A stretch of DNA of 62,041 bases, filler included. It is 6 parts of 6 records of this genome, joined end to end, with 100 filler letters (N's around TTAATTAATTAA, not from the genome) between each part and the next. Parts side by side here need not be neighbours in the genome. Positions count along the whole stretch, not along the records: positions 22,271 to 35,531 come from DRR723986_2430; positions 35,632 to 41,764 come from DRR723986_2431; 4 more parts are not named here. One strand, given 5' to 3'. Position 1 is the first letter of the stretch; every line of letters begins with the position of its first letter. The translations under genes and the position numbers were made by a program. The notes beneath the pieces were generated by a model. The model searched no databases, was not told the origin of the DNA, and worked only from the letters and a program-made list of their open reading frames with translations. Below, piece by piece: positions 32,050 to 41,864 of this stretch.

Positions 32050-33387
32050 ATGTCCAGCCAAACCGTTACCCGTTTTGCCCCGTCCCCAACCGGATATATC
32101 CATGTGGGCAACCTGCGGACCGCCCTGATGAACTATCTGATCGCCCGCAAGGCTGGCGGCACTTTCATCCTGCGGATTGACGACACCGATCCAGAGCGCA
32201 GCAAAGAAGAATACGTGGATGCGATCAAGGAAGACCTGACGTGGCTGGGCCTGCACTGGGACCGCGTCGAGCGGCAGTCAGAGCGCCTTGATCGATACCA
32301 CGCGGCGGCGGATGATCTGCGGGCCAAGGGGCGGTTTTATGAGGCGTTCGAGACGCCAACCGAACTGGATCTCAAGCGCAAGAAACAGCTGAACATGGGC
32401 AAGCCGCCGGTCTATGACCGCGCTGCGCTGGCCCTGAGCGAGGATGAAAAGAACGCCCTGCGTGCCGATCGCGGTGATGGTGTGTGGCGGTTCAAGCTGG
32501 ATCAGGAACGGATCGAATGGAATGACGGCATTCTGGGCGATATTTCCATTGATGCAGCCTCCGTTTCCGATCCGGTGCTGATCCGCGGTGACGGGCAAAT
32601 CCTCTATACGCTGGCCAGTGTTGTCGATGACACCGAGATGGGCGTGACCCATGTTGTGCGCGGCTCTGACCATGTCACAAACACCGCAACGCAGATCCAG
32701 ATCATGCAGGCGCTGGGTTTGGGAAATGTGCCAAACTTTGCCCACCATTCGCTGTTGACGGGCCCGCAAGGTGAGGCACTTTCGAAACGTCTTGGCACCC
32801 TGTCTTTGCGCGATCTGCGCGCACAGGGCGTCCAGCCCTTTGCCTTGCTCAGCTTGATGGCGCGGCTTGGCTCCTCTGATCCGGTGGAGTTGCGCACCGA
32901 TATGGAAAACCTGATCGAAGGCTTTGATATCAATCACTTCGGCTCTGCTCCGACCAAATTTGACGTGCAGGATCTGTTCCCGTTGACCGGGCGTTACTTG
33001 CAGCAATTGCCGCTTGATGCCGTGGCAGACGAGATTGCCGCGCTGGGCGTGCCTGCGGATCAAGCGGACCGGTTTTGGTCCGTCACCCGCGAAAACATCT
33101 CGACCCTCAAAGATCTGAGCGGCTGGTGGTCGATGTTCCGCGATGGCGCCGATCCGGTGATCGAAGAGGGCGATGAGGATTTCATCAAAGAGGCTATGGC
33201 GATGCTGCCCGATATGCCGTTTGACGAAAGCACCTGGTCCAGTTGGACCGCCGCCGTCAAAGAGGCCACAGGCCGCAAGGGGCGCGGGCTGTTCCGGCCA
33301 TTGCGTCTGGCCCTGACGGGGCAGGAACACGGGCCGGAAATGGCCGCCGTGATGCCCTTGTTGCAAGTGGTCAAAGCGCGGAAATGA
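32050..33387 (+). CDS. gltX: Glutamate--tRNA ligase
   Basis: RFAPSPTGYIHVGN (HIGH), LRIDDTD, LSKR (KMSKS); AGGAG upstream. Confidence 0.96.
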   Translation: MSSQTVTRFAPSPTGYIHVGNLRTALMNYLIARKAGGTFILRIDDTDPERSKEEYVDAIKEDLTWLGLHWDRVERQSERLDRYHAAADDLRAKGRFYEAFETPTELDLKRKKQLNMGKPPVYDRAALALSEDEKNALRADRGDGVWRFKLDQERIEWNDGILGDISIDAASVSDPVLIRGDGQILYTLASVVDDTEMGVTHVVRGSDHVTNTATQIQIMQALGLGNVPNFAHHSLLTGPQGEALSKRLGTLSLRDLRAQGVQPFALLSLMARLGSSDPVELRTDMENLIEGFDINHFGSAPTKFDVQDLFPLTGRYLQQLPLDAVADEIAALGVPADQADRFWSVTRENISTLKDLSGWWSMFRDGADPVIEEGDEDFIKEAMAMLPDMPFDESTWSSWTAAVKEATGRKGRGLFRPLRLALTGQEHGPEMAAVMPLLQVVKARK

Positions 33388-33444
33388 TCTGCGGGCCGGG
33401 GATCACTCATCCGGCCCAAGGCCAGATCAGCGGCGCGGCCGCAT

Positions 33445-34842
33445 ATGGCTGATGCACAGGCGAAATTCCTGACCGGCAATCTCTTTGCCCATACCGCCGT
33501 GATGGCGTTGACGGCCTCCATCGGGTTGATGGCGGTCTTTGTTGTCGATTTTGTTGATATGATCTTCATTTCGATGCTGGGCAAATCGGAACTGGCTGCC
33601 GCCGTCGGCTATGCTGGCGCGATCTTGTTTTTCACCACCTCCTTCGGGATCGGACTGGCGATTTCTGCCGGAGCTTTGGTGGCGCGGGCGCTTGGCTCCG
33701 GCGATGCCGTACTGGCGCGCGAACGCACCACCCACGCCCTGACATATGGGTTGATGTTCAGCATCGTTTTCGCGGTGATCTTCTGGCTGTCTCTGGAATG
33801 GATGGTGGCATTGCTGGGCGCGACCGGGGAGACCGCTGAACTGAGCGTGCATTTCCTGCAAATTGTGGTGCCAAGCGTGCCGTTCCTGATCCTCGGTATG
33901 ATGGGCAGCGCGGTGTTGCGTGCCCATGGCGATGCGCGGCGGGCGATGATGGCGACGATTTCGGGCGGCGTGGTCAATGCGGTGCTGGACCCGATCCTGA
34001 TCTTCGGGCTGGATCTGGAGCTGACCGGCGCGGCAATTGCCTCCTTCGTGGCGCGGCTGGTGATTGCCGTGGTGGCAATCCTGCCGTTGATCCGGATTTA
34101 TGGGGGCATCGTGCGCCCGCGTCTGGCTGGTATGATCCGCGACCTTGCGCCGGTGCTGGCCATTGCCTTTCCCGCCATTCTTGCACAGATCGCCACCCCC
34201 GTAGGCCAGGCCTATGTCACACGGGCGATGGCCGGATATGGTGAAGAGGCGGTGGCGGGCATGGCGATTGTCGGGCGAATGATACCGGTGGCTTTTGGCG
34301 TGGTCTTTGCGCTGTCCGGTGCTGTTGGGCCGATCATTGGTCAGAACTTTGGTGCGGGCGACATGGACAGGGTGCGACGCGGGTTCAACGCGGCGGTTTT
34401 GTTCACGGCGCTGGTCACGATCTTTGTCTCGGCACTGCTGTTTGCCCTGCGCGTGCCGATTGCCAATCTGTTTGAGGCCACAGGTATTACACGCGATCTG
34501 ATTTATCTGTTTTGCGGGCCGCTGTCCTTGGCGTTTTTCTTTCCCGGTGTGTTGTTTGTTGCCAATGCGGCGTTCAACAATCTGGGTCAGCCGTTCCTGT
34601 CCACCTTCACCAACTGGGGCCGCAATGCGCTGGCTCTGATCCCGCTGGTCTGGCTGGGCGCGATGATCTGGGGGCCGCAGGGGGTGCTGATCGGGCAATC
34701 TCTGGCAGGGGTTTTGTTTGGCATCGTCGCCTGGGTGCTGGCGCTGCGCTGCATCTCGCGGGGCGGCAAACCCGGCAAGACGGGGCAGGAAATTTTTGGC
34801 CGTGAGGGGCGTCTGATGGCGCTATTTCAGGCCCGCAGATAG
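33445..34842 (+). CDS. MATE family efflux transporter
   Basis: About 12 TM; VDMIFISMLG, LRAHGDARRAM, NAVLDPILIFG, GQNFGA. Confidence 0.92.
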   Translation: MADAQAKFLTGNLFAHTAVMALTASIGLMAVFVVDFVDMIFISMLGKSELAAAVGYAGAILFFTTSFGIGLAISAGALVARALGSGDAVLARERTTHALTYGLMFSIVFAVIFWLSLEWMVALLGATGETAELSVHFLQIVVPSVPFLILGMMGSAVLRAHGDARRAMMATISGGVVNAVLDPILIFGLDLELTGAAIASFVARLVIAVVAILPLIRIYGGIVRPRLAGMIRDLAPVLAIAFPAILAQIATPVGQAYVTRAMAGYGEEAVAGMAIVGRMIPVAFGVVFALSGAVGPIIGQNFGAGDMDRVRRGFNAAVLFTALVTIFVSALLFALRVPIANLFEATGITRDLIYLFCGPLSLAFFFPGVLFVANAAFNNLGQPFLSTFTNWGRNALALIPLVWLGAMIWGPQGVLIGQSLAGVLFGIVAWVLALRCISRGGKPGKTGQEIFGREGRLMALFQARR

Positions 34843-35376
34843 CCGGTTGAGATGCAGATCCACCAATGCAGTTTCATCATTGGTGATGGTCTGATGCCGT
34901 GGATAGATCGGGGCGGCGCGGTCATCCAGAATGGGCGTGTCCCAGCCTGACGTTGTGTCAAAAAACCGCTGGACGCCCGCATCCCCAAATTCGCGCAGAA
35001 ACCCCTGCACCACCACATCAAGGTAGCTGCGCAGGATGCAGTGATCGCCGCCATCCACGCGGTTTTCGGGTGTGACGCTGTAGTGGGCGATCTTCGGGGC
35101 ATGGCCTAAGGGGTGAGCAACCGCGTGGCCTGAGGGCTGGCGGTCATAGCCGGTTTCACGCAAATCCAGCGCCGACCAATCGGCATCGGGCACGGCTGCG
35201 ATCAATCCGTCAATGGTGCATGCGGGGTCAGGCTCCACGGTCAGAAAAACCACCTCGCGCAGTTTTGTACGCACCCATCTGCGCCGCCACCCCTGCAATT
35301 GCGCGGGATGCGCATCGGGATAGGCGTGGGTGTTGCGGTTGACGAGGCTGCCATAGCCAAAAAAGTAGGGGGTCAT
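34822..35376 (-). CDS. Gamma-glutamylcyclotransferase family protein
   Basis: FFGYGSL N-terminus, LDLRE motif. Confidence 0.85.
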   Translation of the reverse strand: MTPYFFGYGSLVNRNTHAYPDAHPAQLQGWRRRWVRTKLREVVFLTVEPDPACTIDGLIAAVPDADWSALDLRETGYDRQPSGHAVAHPLGHAPKIAHYSVTPENRVDGGDHCILRSYLDVVVQGFLREFGDAGVQRFFDTTSGWDTPILDDRAAPIYPRHQTITNDETALVDLHLNRLSAGLK

Positions 35377-35449
35377 GAGGGGCTGCCCATTGAATTTCCG
35401 CCGCAGACAACACCGGAAGCGGCGCAAACACAAGCACGCTTGACGGAAT

Positions 35450-35467
35450 GGTATGCCGCGGCATACC
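35450..35467. promoter_or_regulatory. Perfect 18-bp palindrome GGTATGCCGCGGCATACC
   Basis: Exact palindrome between TTGACG (35440) and the riboswitch. Confidence 0.5.
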
Positions 35468-35478
35468 TATAGCCAACC

Positions 35479-35531
35479 GTCATGGGAGAATCGGCATAGC
35501 GCCGGTGCCGAAGGAGCAACCGCCCCGGAAA
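35479..35531 (+). ncRNA. Glycine riboswitch, first aptamer (cut by contig end)
   Basis: GGGAGA...GCCGAAGGAGCAA-CCGCCCCGGAAA matches the glycine aptamer core. Confidence 0.85.
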
Positions 35532-35631
35532 NNNNNNNNNNNNNNNNNNNNNNNNNNNNNNNNNNNNNNNNNNNNTTAATTAATTAANNNNNNNNNNNNN
35601 NNNNNNNNNNNNNNNNNNNNNNNNNNNNNNN
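35532..35631. other. Artificial contig spacer
   Basis: N44-TTAATTAATTAA-N44. Confidence 0.99.
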
Positions 35632-35640
35632 CCTGAATCA

Positions 35641-35650
35641 CGCAAAGGTA
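35641..35650 (-). promoter_or_regulatory. Bacteroidota-type -7 element (TAnnTTTG) pointing off the contig
   Basis: Minus strand TACCTTTGCG. Confidence 0.4.
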
Positions 35651-36037
35651 CGCCCAAAAATATTGGCTCTCCCGATAAACCCAAATCACGCACCGTTAAC
35701 TATTCAATACCGCCCGTTCACCAGGCACCTGATCTCTCAGCGGCTTTAACACTCCCAAAAATCGACGGACACGCAAAAAAAACTGATCCATCCAGAGCAT
35801 GGGCATTATTAGTATCTGTGAGAATTAAGGCTTGTCAAAACGCAATCACTTTTGCAAGTCCACAGCCCCAAGCCTGGCAACTATAAAGACTCCTAACCCC
35901 AAGACATGCGCCTGCCGGCCCAATGACTAACAAAAAGAAAAAAGTAAGCCACTTTGTAAAAGGGGCGCAGCGCTCTGAACCCGCAGAAGTGTTAAGTGTT
36001 AAGCCGCAAGTGACAATTCGCAATGAGTCAAAAAAAA

Positions 36038-36961
36038 CTAGAGCTGGATGCCGGCACCAATTGCGAAGGCTCCCGTCCGCCAGGCATTTTTAGCGTCCAG
36101 GCGCACGTCGTAGGACACGTCCAGGAAATATTTCTCTGACAATGTTAAGGCAAACGCGACGCCGGGAATGATCATGTTGGATTGCAATGGCTGCTCGCGA
36201 ACGCTGAACTCGCGTGCATCGGCAAAAGTGGAAAGACTCTGTATGATGTCGATTTTTAACTTAAAAAATGCCTCGGGAATGTTGTTGAAGCCGGTTTCCA
36301 GGTGGAAGAAAAATTCGTCCTCCAGCTCCTCTGCGCGATGGCGGTACTTAACCGATCCGGCAACCCAACCAAAATTAGTCGAAAGTCCAACCTCCAGTCC
36401 ACCGGCAACCTCTATCGCGCCGTCGCTGAGAAAATCGTACTCGGGATTATCGACAATGCCGTCCGAACTTCCAGGTGGAATACGCAGCGAAGCGGCCACC
36501 GAAGCCGTCATCCTGTCGCGCTGAACAATGCGATAACGCCCGCCGACACCGTAAAACAAAAAGGATGAAATCGCGAAATTGGAATCGACGCTGGTTTCCT
36601 GCAGTTGACCATCCACAATACGCACGGTGCGATAATTTTCGGTCAAGGTGAAATTGCCCCAGGGCAGATCCACAGTCACTGTCAGATCGTCGGTGATGCC
36701 ATATTCGCCGTACAGGCCCACAATAAACTCGTCGTACTCAAAGTTGATGTTGGTGCGGCCGGAAGTGTCTGTTAGTCCACTCAGCTCTATGCCGGAAATG
36801 TTGTCGCCCTCGGAATTGGCATAACTTCCCGCCTCGCCGGCTGCTACGTACACTTTGCCGAAAAAACCACCGGCAGGTCGTGTCCAGGCGTTGCCAAAAA
36901 TGGCCGGAGCGTTGAGCAGGAACACGAGTGCAACAGCACAAAAAGGAAAAATCTTGAACAT
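36038..36961 (-). CDS. Putative outer-membrane beta-barrel protein
   Basis: Signal peptide, AWTRPAG, YGEYGITDDLT, alternating amphipathic strands, C-terminal IGAGIQL. Confidence 0.75.
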   Translation of the reverse strand: MFKIFPFCAVALVFLLNAPAIFGNAWTRPAGGFFGKVYVAAGEAGSYANSEGDNISGIELSGLTDTSGRTNINFEYDEFIVGLYGEYGITDDLTVTVDLPWGNFTLTENYRTVRIVDGQLQETSVDSNFAISSFLFYGVGGRYRIVQRDRMTASVAASLRIPPGSSDGIVDNPEYDFLSDGAIEVAGGLEVGLSTNFGWVAGSVKYRHRAEELEDEFFFHLETGFNNIPEAFFKLKIDIIQSLSTFADAREFSVREQPLQSNMIIPGVAFALTLSEKYFLDVSYDVRLDAKNAWRTGAFAIGAGIQL

Positions 36962-37380
36962 TGTGTTGGACCCCAGTGACATGGCTTACTCCAAAATTGT
37001 ACTTCTCCGGGCAGCTTTCCCCGCAGGTGCACGCATTGTCTTAATCTTCTACCACAAAATACATTGATGCTGCGCAACGCCCAATCCGGGCATAAAATTC
37101 CGCAGGTAGGACACGAATTTTGTCAGGGCGGTTACGAATCTGCGATTAAGATGCCGGATGTATCTGCCTGTCTTCGACTGGAACACGTCTGTTGTATCTG
37201 TCTGTAAATGACGCTGCAGAATGAACTTCTTTGAGCCCTTGCGCGTCGCTGCAGATCCATCTGGTGACATATTAATGCGCATTTCCGTATTGTTATTTTG
37301 CATCGCTGGGCGGCGCGTCTTTTTGCCTGGCTGTGGAAATCCGTATTTTCGTTTTTTTGCTGACAATTCCTTCAGGGCTT

Positions 37381-37851
37381 ATGTATCAACTTGATCCGGC
37401 TATAAAAGCCGTCTGGAGCATTCGTTACCTCGTCTGGACAACCATTTTGAGTGCCGGGCTGCTCTTTTTTGAATGGCAGGCCAGCAGTGGGTCCTGGATT
37501 GCTGCACTTGGTTTTGGTGTGCCAAGCGGTACATTATTTGTCGTGGGGCTGATTTTATCGGCCGTCGCGCCGATAATTCGCTACCGGCACTGGGGTTTTG
37601 AGCTGCGTGAGAATGAATTGATCGTGCAGCAGGGCTTTTTTAATCGCATCAGGACGGTAGCTCCGATACGCCGGATACAGCATCTGGACGTCTCACAGAA
37701 CGTCATTGAGTCAATCTTTGATATTGGCAAACTGGTAATCTACACCGCCGGAACGCGCGGTGCAGATATCGTGGTGCCGGGCTTGCTGCATGAGTATGCC
37801 GAAGATTTGCGCGATCAGCTTAAAAACAATTCGGTAGAAGACGCTGTATGA
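37381..37851 (+). CDS. Bacterial PH (bPH_2) membrane protein, YdbS-like
   Basis: Two TM, RYRHWGF...RRIQHLDVSQ...LVIYTAG. Confidence 0.88.
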   Translation: MYQLDPAIKAVWSIRYLVWTTILSAGLLFFEWQASSGSWIAALGFGVPSGTLFVVGLILSAVAPIIRYRHWGFELRENELIVQQGFFNRIRTVAPIRRIQHLDVSQNVIESIFDIGKLVIYTAGTRGADIVVPGLLHEYAEDLRDQLKNNSVEDAV

Positions 37852-39602
37852 TTGATGCCACAATGGCCAGTCGGTTTGCTGAACCACAGCGGCTGCATCC
37901 ACTGACGATGCTCTACCAGGGCATTGTGCGGCTTCCCGGAGCGGTACTTGCAATCTACTTTAGCTCACAGAATGGTGAGTTCTGGTTTTTTGTGATCGTG
38001 ACGACGCTGATGATTCTTATTAGCGTGCCGGGGATTATCATGCGCTACCTCTACTTCACCTTCTATATTTCGGAAAGTGAGGTGGTTGTTAATAGTGGTG
38101 TGTTTTCGCGCCGCTCGCGCAACATTCCGATAGAGCGAATACAAAATGTTGAGATGCGCCAGAATTTTCTGCAGCGCATCTTTGGAGTGGCGCAGGTGCA
38201 ACTCGAAACGGCCGGTGGTCAGAACACCGAAGGCGTATTTGAGTTTATCTCGACGGCTGACGCGGAGACGCTGCGACTGCTGATTCGCGAATATCAGGCA
38301 GAACTTGAGCCGGCCGACGAAACTGAAGCCGCGTTTCCCAACGGCCATGTTGAGACTGTCGATGCAAGTGACGCAGACTCAGCTGCAGAGCCGGGCGAGA
38401 TCGCCGACGCCGTCAAGGACGGTACCGAAACCTCCACGGCTGCGCGTTCGGCTGCCGCAAATGGGCGCCGCGGTGAGGAGTTGTTGTACGACATGCCCAA
38501 GCGCACCTTGTGGCTGTACGGCATGTTCCGCTTCTCATTTTGGTTCCTGGCCGCAGCATTTACGATTGGCCAGTACACTGGATATACACCCGAAGAATTG
38601 ATCGATTCACATCCGGAACGGCATTTGCTGGATCTGCAGACCAATGACGTCCTGACCTTGTGGCTGTTTGGATTTGCGTTTGCGCTTGGATTTCTACTGC
38701 TCTCCTGGTTTTCCGGCATTCTGTTTACCGTCAACCAATATTACGGATTCCGTCTGGCCATGGAGCGCGGCAAGCTCCTCAAACAGCACGGTTTGCTGGC
38801 GGTTTCCAAGGCGACTATTCCGCTGCGCAAAGTGCAGTCGATGGTCATGAACACCAATCCCTTGATGCGCAAGTTTGGCTATGCCGGCCTCGAAGTCCAG
38901 ACCGCCGGCTTTGGCGGTGACAGGCGTGGCCCTGAAGTCGCTGTGCCGATGGCTACCACGGAAAAAACACTGGAACTCCTGCGCCGGGTAATGCAGGTCA
39001 ATCTGCCGGAGACATTTGAACCAATATCGCGGCTCGCGATTCGGCGCGCCTTCGTACGCCTGCTGATCTTCTGGAGTCTGCTGACGTTTGGTCTCAGTTT
39101 TGCGCTCGAATACTACGTTGCCTGGCTGGCACTGCTCTTGCCGCTGATGTACTATATCGCGTTGCTGCGCTGGCGCTACCGCGGCTATTCCATAATTGGG
39201 GACATGGCTTTTGTGCGCCACGGGTTCTGGTGGCGACGCGTAAGTGTCATTCCACTGCGCAAAATCCAGACGCTCTCCATGTACCAGTCATTTTTCCAGC
39301 GGCGCCTGGGGCTGGCATCGATTTACATCGATACGGCCGGTTCGGGAGCCATCAATGATGCGCGTATTGACGATGTGGCGCAGGAAGACGCAGAAAGAAT
39401 TCTGGAAGAAATGCGCTCGGCATTCAATGCGCTGCAATCTGGTCCGTCATCGGCCAATCAGAACGATACGTCCGTCACCCCAGATGACTCTGTGAGTGCT
39501 GCGGCAGCAGACGTGGAACATACTACAACCAGCGGTGCGGCAGAGTCCGAAGCCGACAGCAACATGCCGCCTCAGGGCGGTCAGGAGAAATATGAAGAGT
39601 GA
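37848..39602 (+). CDS. Multi-bPH_2 membrane protein, YdbT-like
   Basis: RLHP start, three IP..(R/K)(I/V)Q...TAG repeats; ATGA overlap with the ydbS-like gene. Confidence 0.9.
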   Translation: MIDATMASRFAEPQRLHPLTMLYQGIVRLPGAVLAIYFSSQNGEFWFFVIVTTLMILISVPGIIMRYLYFTFYISESEVVVNSGVFSRRSRNIPIERIQNVEMRQNFLQRIFGVAQVQLETAGGQNTEGVFEFISTADAETLRLLIREYQAELEPADETEAAFPNGHVETVDASDADSAAEPGEIADAVKDGTETSTAARSAAANGRRGEELLYDMPKRTLWLYGMFRFSFWFLAAAFTIGQYTGYTPEELIDSHPERHLLDLQTNDVLTLWLFGFAFALGFLLLSWFSGILFTVNQYYGFRLAMERGKLLKQHGLLAVSKATIPLRKVQSMVMNTNPLMRKFGYAGLEVQTAGFGGDRRGPEVAVPMATTEKTLELLRRVMQVNLPETFEPISRLAIRRAFVRLLIFWSLLTFGLSFALEYYVAWLALLLPLMYYIALLRWRYRGYSIIGDMAFVRHGFWWRRVSVIPLRKIQTLSMYQSFFQRRLGLASIYIDTAGSGAINDARIDDVAQEDAERILEEMRSAFNALQSGPSSANQNDTSVTPDDSVSAAAADVEHTTTSGAAESEADSNMPPQGGQEKYEE

Positions 39603-40512
39603 AAACACAGCGGCAGCGGGTGAGCGCCGTGCCGGATTTGTCGCGATTGTAGGCGAAGCCAACGTCGGCAAATCAACCTTGCTCAATGAAATCCTGGGCG
39701 TTAAACTTTCGATCGTCAGCAAAAAGCCGCAGACCACCCGCAAACGCGTCCTGGGAATCCACTCCAGCGAAAACGAGCAGATGGTCTTCCTGGACACACC
39801 TGGAATCCTGACACCGCGCTACGAGCTGCACCGCTCCATGATGGAATACGTGCGCGACGCCATCGACACTGCCGATGTAATTTTACTGCTGCTGGACGCC
39901 ACACAGGCGGCGACTTCACTCGAATTCGTTGAAAATAAACTTAAAGTTGCGCTCGCCGAACTGGACAGGCCCGTCGTCATTGGCTTAAACAAAATCGACC
40001 GCGTACACCTCAAAAAATCCGTCCTGCCCATCATGCAGGAACTGCTGGAAGTTAAGACTGTCCGCGACGTTGTACCGCTTTCGGCGCTTGAAGGCAGCAA
40101 CGTTGATGCGTTGATGACGGCGCTTGCCGCGCACCTTCCGCAGCACGAGTTTTACTACGATCCCGAAGATTTAAGTGAATTGCCACAGCGCTTTTTTGTT
40201 GCTGAGTTAATTCGCGAGACCGTTTTCCGCGAGTTCCGTCAGGAAATTCCATACTCAACCGAAATCGTGATCAATGAGTTTAAGGAACGCGAAGTCGGCA
40301 AACTCTATATTAACGCAGATATCGTCGTTGAACGCGATACACAAAAAGCGATCGTGATTGGCAAGGGCGGTTCAAAGTTAAAAGAACTTGGCCAGCGTGC
40401 CCGTAAGTCGATCGAGGTCCATCTGGGTACGCCCGTTTATCTTGAAGTCTTTGTGAAGGTGCGTCAGGATTGGCGCGACGACAGAGGACAGCTGCAAACC
40501 TTTGGCTATTAA
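39592..40512 (+). CDS. era: GTPase Era
   Basis: GEANVGKST, PQTTR, DTPG, NKID, KH domain VIGKGG. Confidence 0.97.
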   Translation: MKSENTAAAGERRAGFVAIVGEANVGKSTLLNEILGVKLSIVSKKPQTTRKRVLGIHSSENEQMVFLDTPGILTPRYELHRSMMEYVRDAIDTADVILLLLDATQAATSLEFVENKLKVALAELDRPVVIGLNKIDRVHLKKSVLPIMQELLEVKTVRDVVPLSALEGSNVDALMTALAAHLPQHEFYYDPEDLSELPQRFFVAELIRETVFREFRQEIPYSTEIVINEFKEREVGKLYINADIVVERDTQKAIVIGKGGSKLKELGQRARKSIEVHLGTPVYLEVFVKVRQDWRDDRGQLQTFGY

Positions 40513-40530
40513 ACAAACCCACCAGCGCGC

Positions 40531-41133
40531 ATGTCTACTTCGCATAACAACGGTGTTGCTTCCAGTCACAGCTTTGACGATGGTTATGACGGCAAACGCA
40601 AGCGCCTCGCCATTCAGGCCGAAGCAATGTTGCGTGCGCGTGAGGATTATGCCAGTCTGACGCCGGAAGAGTTGTTTAAGCCGCAGACGCTTAGAGCGAT
40701 GCATCACGCGGTGTTTAACAGTACCCTGGAAGATGCCGGTGAGCTGCGCTCAAAGCCGATACGATTGGCCTGGCATATTCCTTCCGCACAGGGCGCTGCC
40801 GAAATTCACGAAGCGCTAAGCGCATATGCTGCAGACTGTCAACGGCGTGTTAAGCTTGTTAAACAAACGCCGAAGGCGCTGCCGGCTTTGTTCGGTTTTG
40901 CCTTTTGGAAGCTGGTTTATATTGCGCCGTTTGCGGACGGCAATGGTCGGGTTGCGAACTTGCTGGTTCAGTTGTTGCAGCAGCAATATGGCTTGGAACC
41001 GCACTCGGTCTACGAACGTTCATCGGCTGATTACATGATGTTTTTGGACTGCCTGCGGGCCTATGATGCGGGTAATGCGACGCCATTTTTTGCACATCTG
41101 GCGCGTCGTTTGCAGTTCTCGCGTTTTGGTTAA
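40531..41133 (+). CDS. Fic/Doc family protein with degenerate active site
   Basis: MHHAVF, AGELR, IAPFADGNGRVAN (canonical HPFxDGNGRxxR). Confidence 0.82.
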   Translation: MSTSHNNGVASSHSFDDGYDGKRKRLAIQAEAMLRAREDYASLTPEELFKPQTLRAMHHAVFNSTLEDAGELRSKPIRLAWHIPSAQGAAEIHEALSAYAADCQRRVKLVKQTPKALPALFGFAFWKLVYIAPFADGNGRVANLLVQLLQQQYGLEPHSVYERSSADYMMFLDCLRAYDAGNATPFFAHLARRLQFSRFG

Positions 41134-41741
41134 ACGGATTGATATTTAGGGTTTGAGGCTTGAGTTTTGAGGCTTGGCAGATAGTTGTTGAGTAATTTGT
41201 GTCTGGGTTTGTTAACCGATGGATTTGGGCTTGATCACTGCGCCCCTCTCATTCCATTCGGTGGCTGGCTTTTGTTTTTGCTAGTATTTTAGAGATCAGC
41301 GATCACTCACTGCGCCGATAAGTCTTTTCGTGTGTCCGCCCCAAGATTTACTCCACTGAGCAAGCCAATAAGTTTAACATGTCAGGTTGTCCGGAATTGT
41401 TCAGTTCACGGCAATTGTGCCTAGTATCAGTGATCAAAGTTTAATAAACAATGGGTTGCGGGTTATAGTGACGGTGCTGATACGTACCAGGCAGTCGATG
41501 TGCCGATTCCGGAATAACATGATGCGCCGACGGCGATGTTTTGCGGTTTTGAGCGCTCAGTTGAGGCTGAAGTGAGGAGGCTCACAAACAGTCCACAAGT
41601 CTGTGATATCGCGTCTTTTTCACAAAGCCAAATATTAGGTCTTTACAAGGACAATGGATCGAGTGGTCAGTAATTTGGGTTTAGTGGATCAGATTTGTGG
41701 TTGAGCGGGTAATTTTTGAGAGCATCTAAAATCCACAACAG

Positions 41742-41764
41742 GATCCAGCCCTTAGGGCTGGATC
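41742..41764. repeat. Terminal hairpin GATCCAGCCC-TTA-GGGCTGGATC at contig end
   Basis: Perfect 10-bp inverted repeat; same core as 1-25. Confidence 0.9.
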
Positions 41765-41864
41765 NNNNNNNNNNNNNNNNNNNNNNNNNNNNNNNNNNNN
41801 NNNNNNNNTTAATTAATTAANNNNNNNNNNNNNNNNNNNNNNNNNNNNNNNNNNNNNNNNNNNN
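41765..41864. other. Artificial contig spacer
   Basis: N44-TTAATTAATTAA-N44. Confidence 0.99.

Noticed and set aside
41134-41741. Possible replication origin (TTTTTCACA at 41616-41624, several GATC, AT-rich)
   Set aside because: Only one consensus DnaA box; the others need two or more mismatches, and no dnaA/gidA-type neighbours
6767-41864. Five copies of TTAATTAATTAA within N runs
   Set aside because: Identical 100-nt artificial joins; not a biological repeat. ORFs running into them (X residues) are truncated, not fused or pseudogenised
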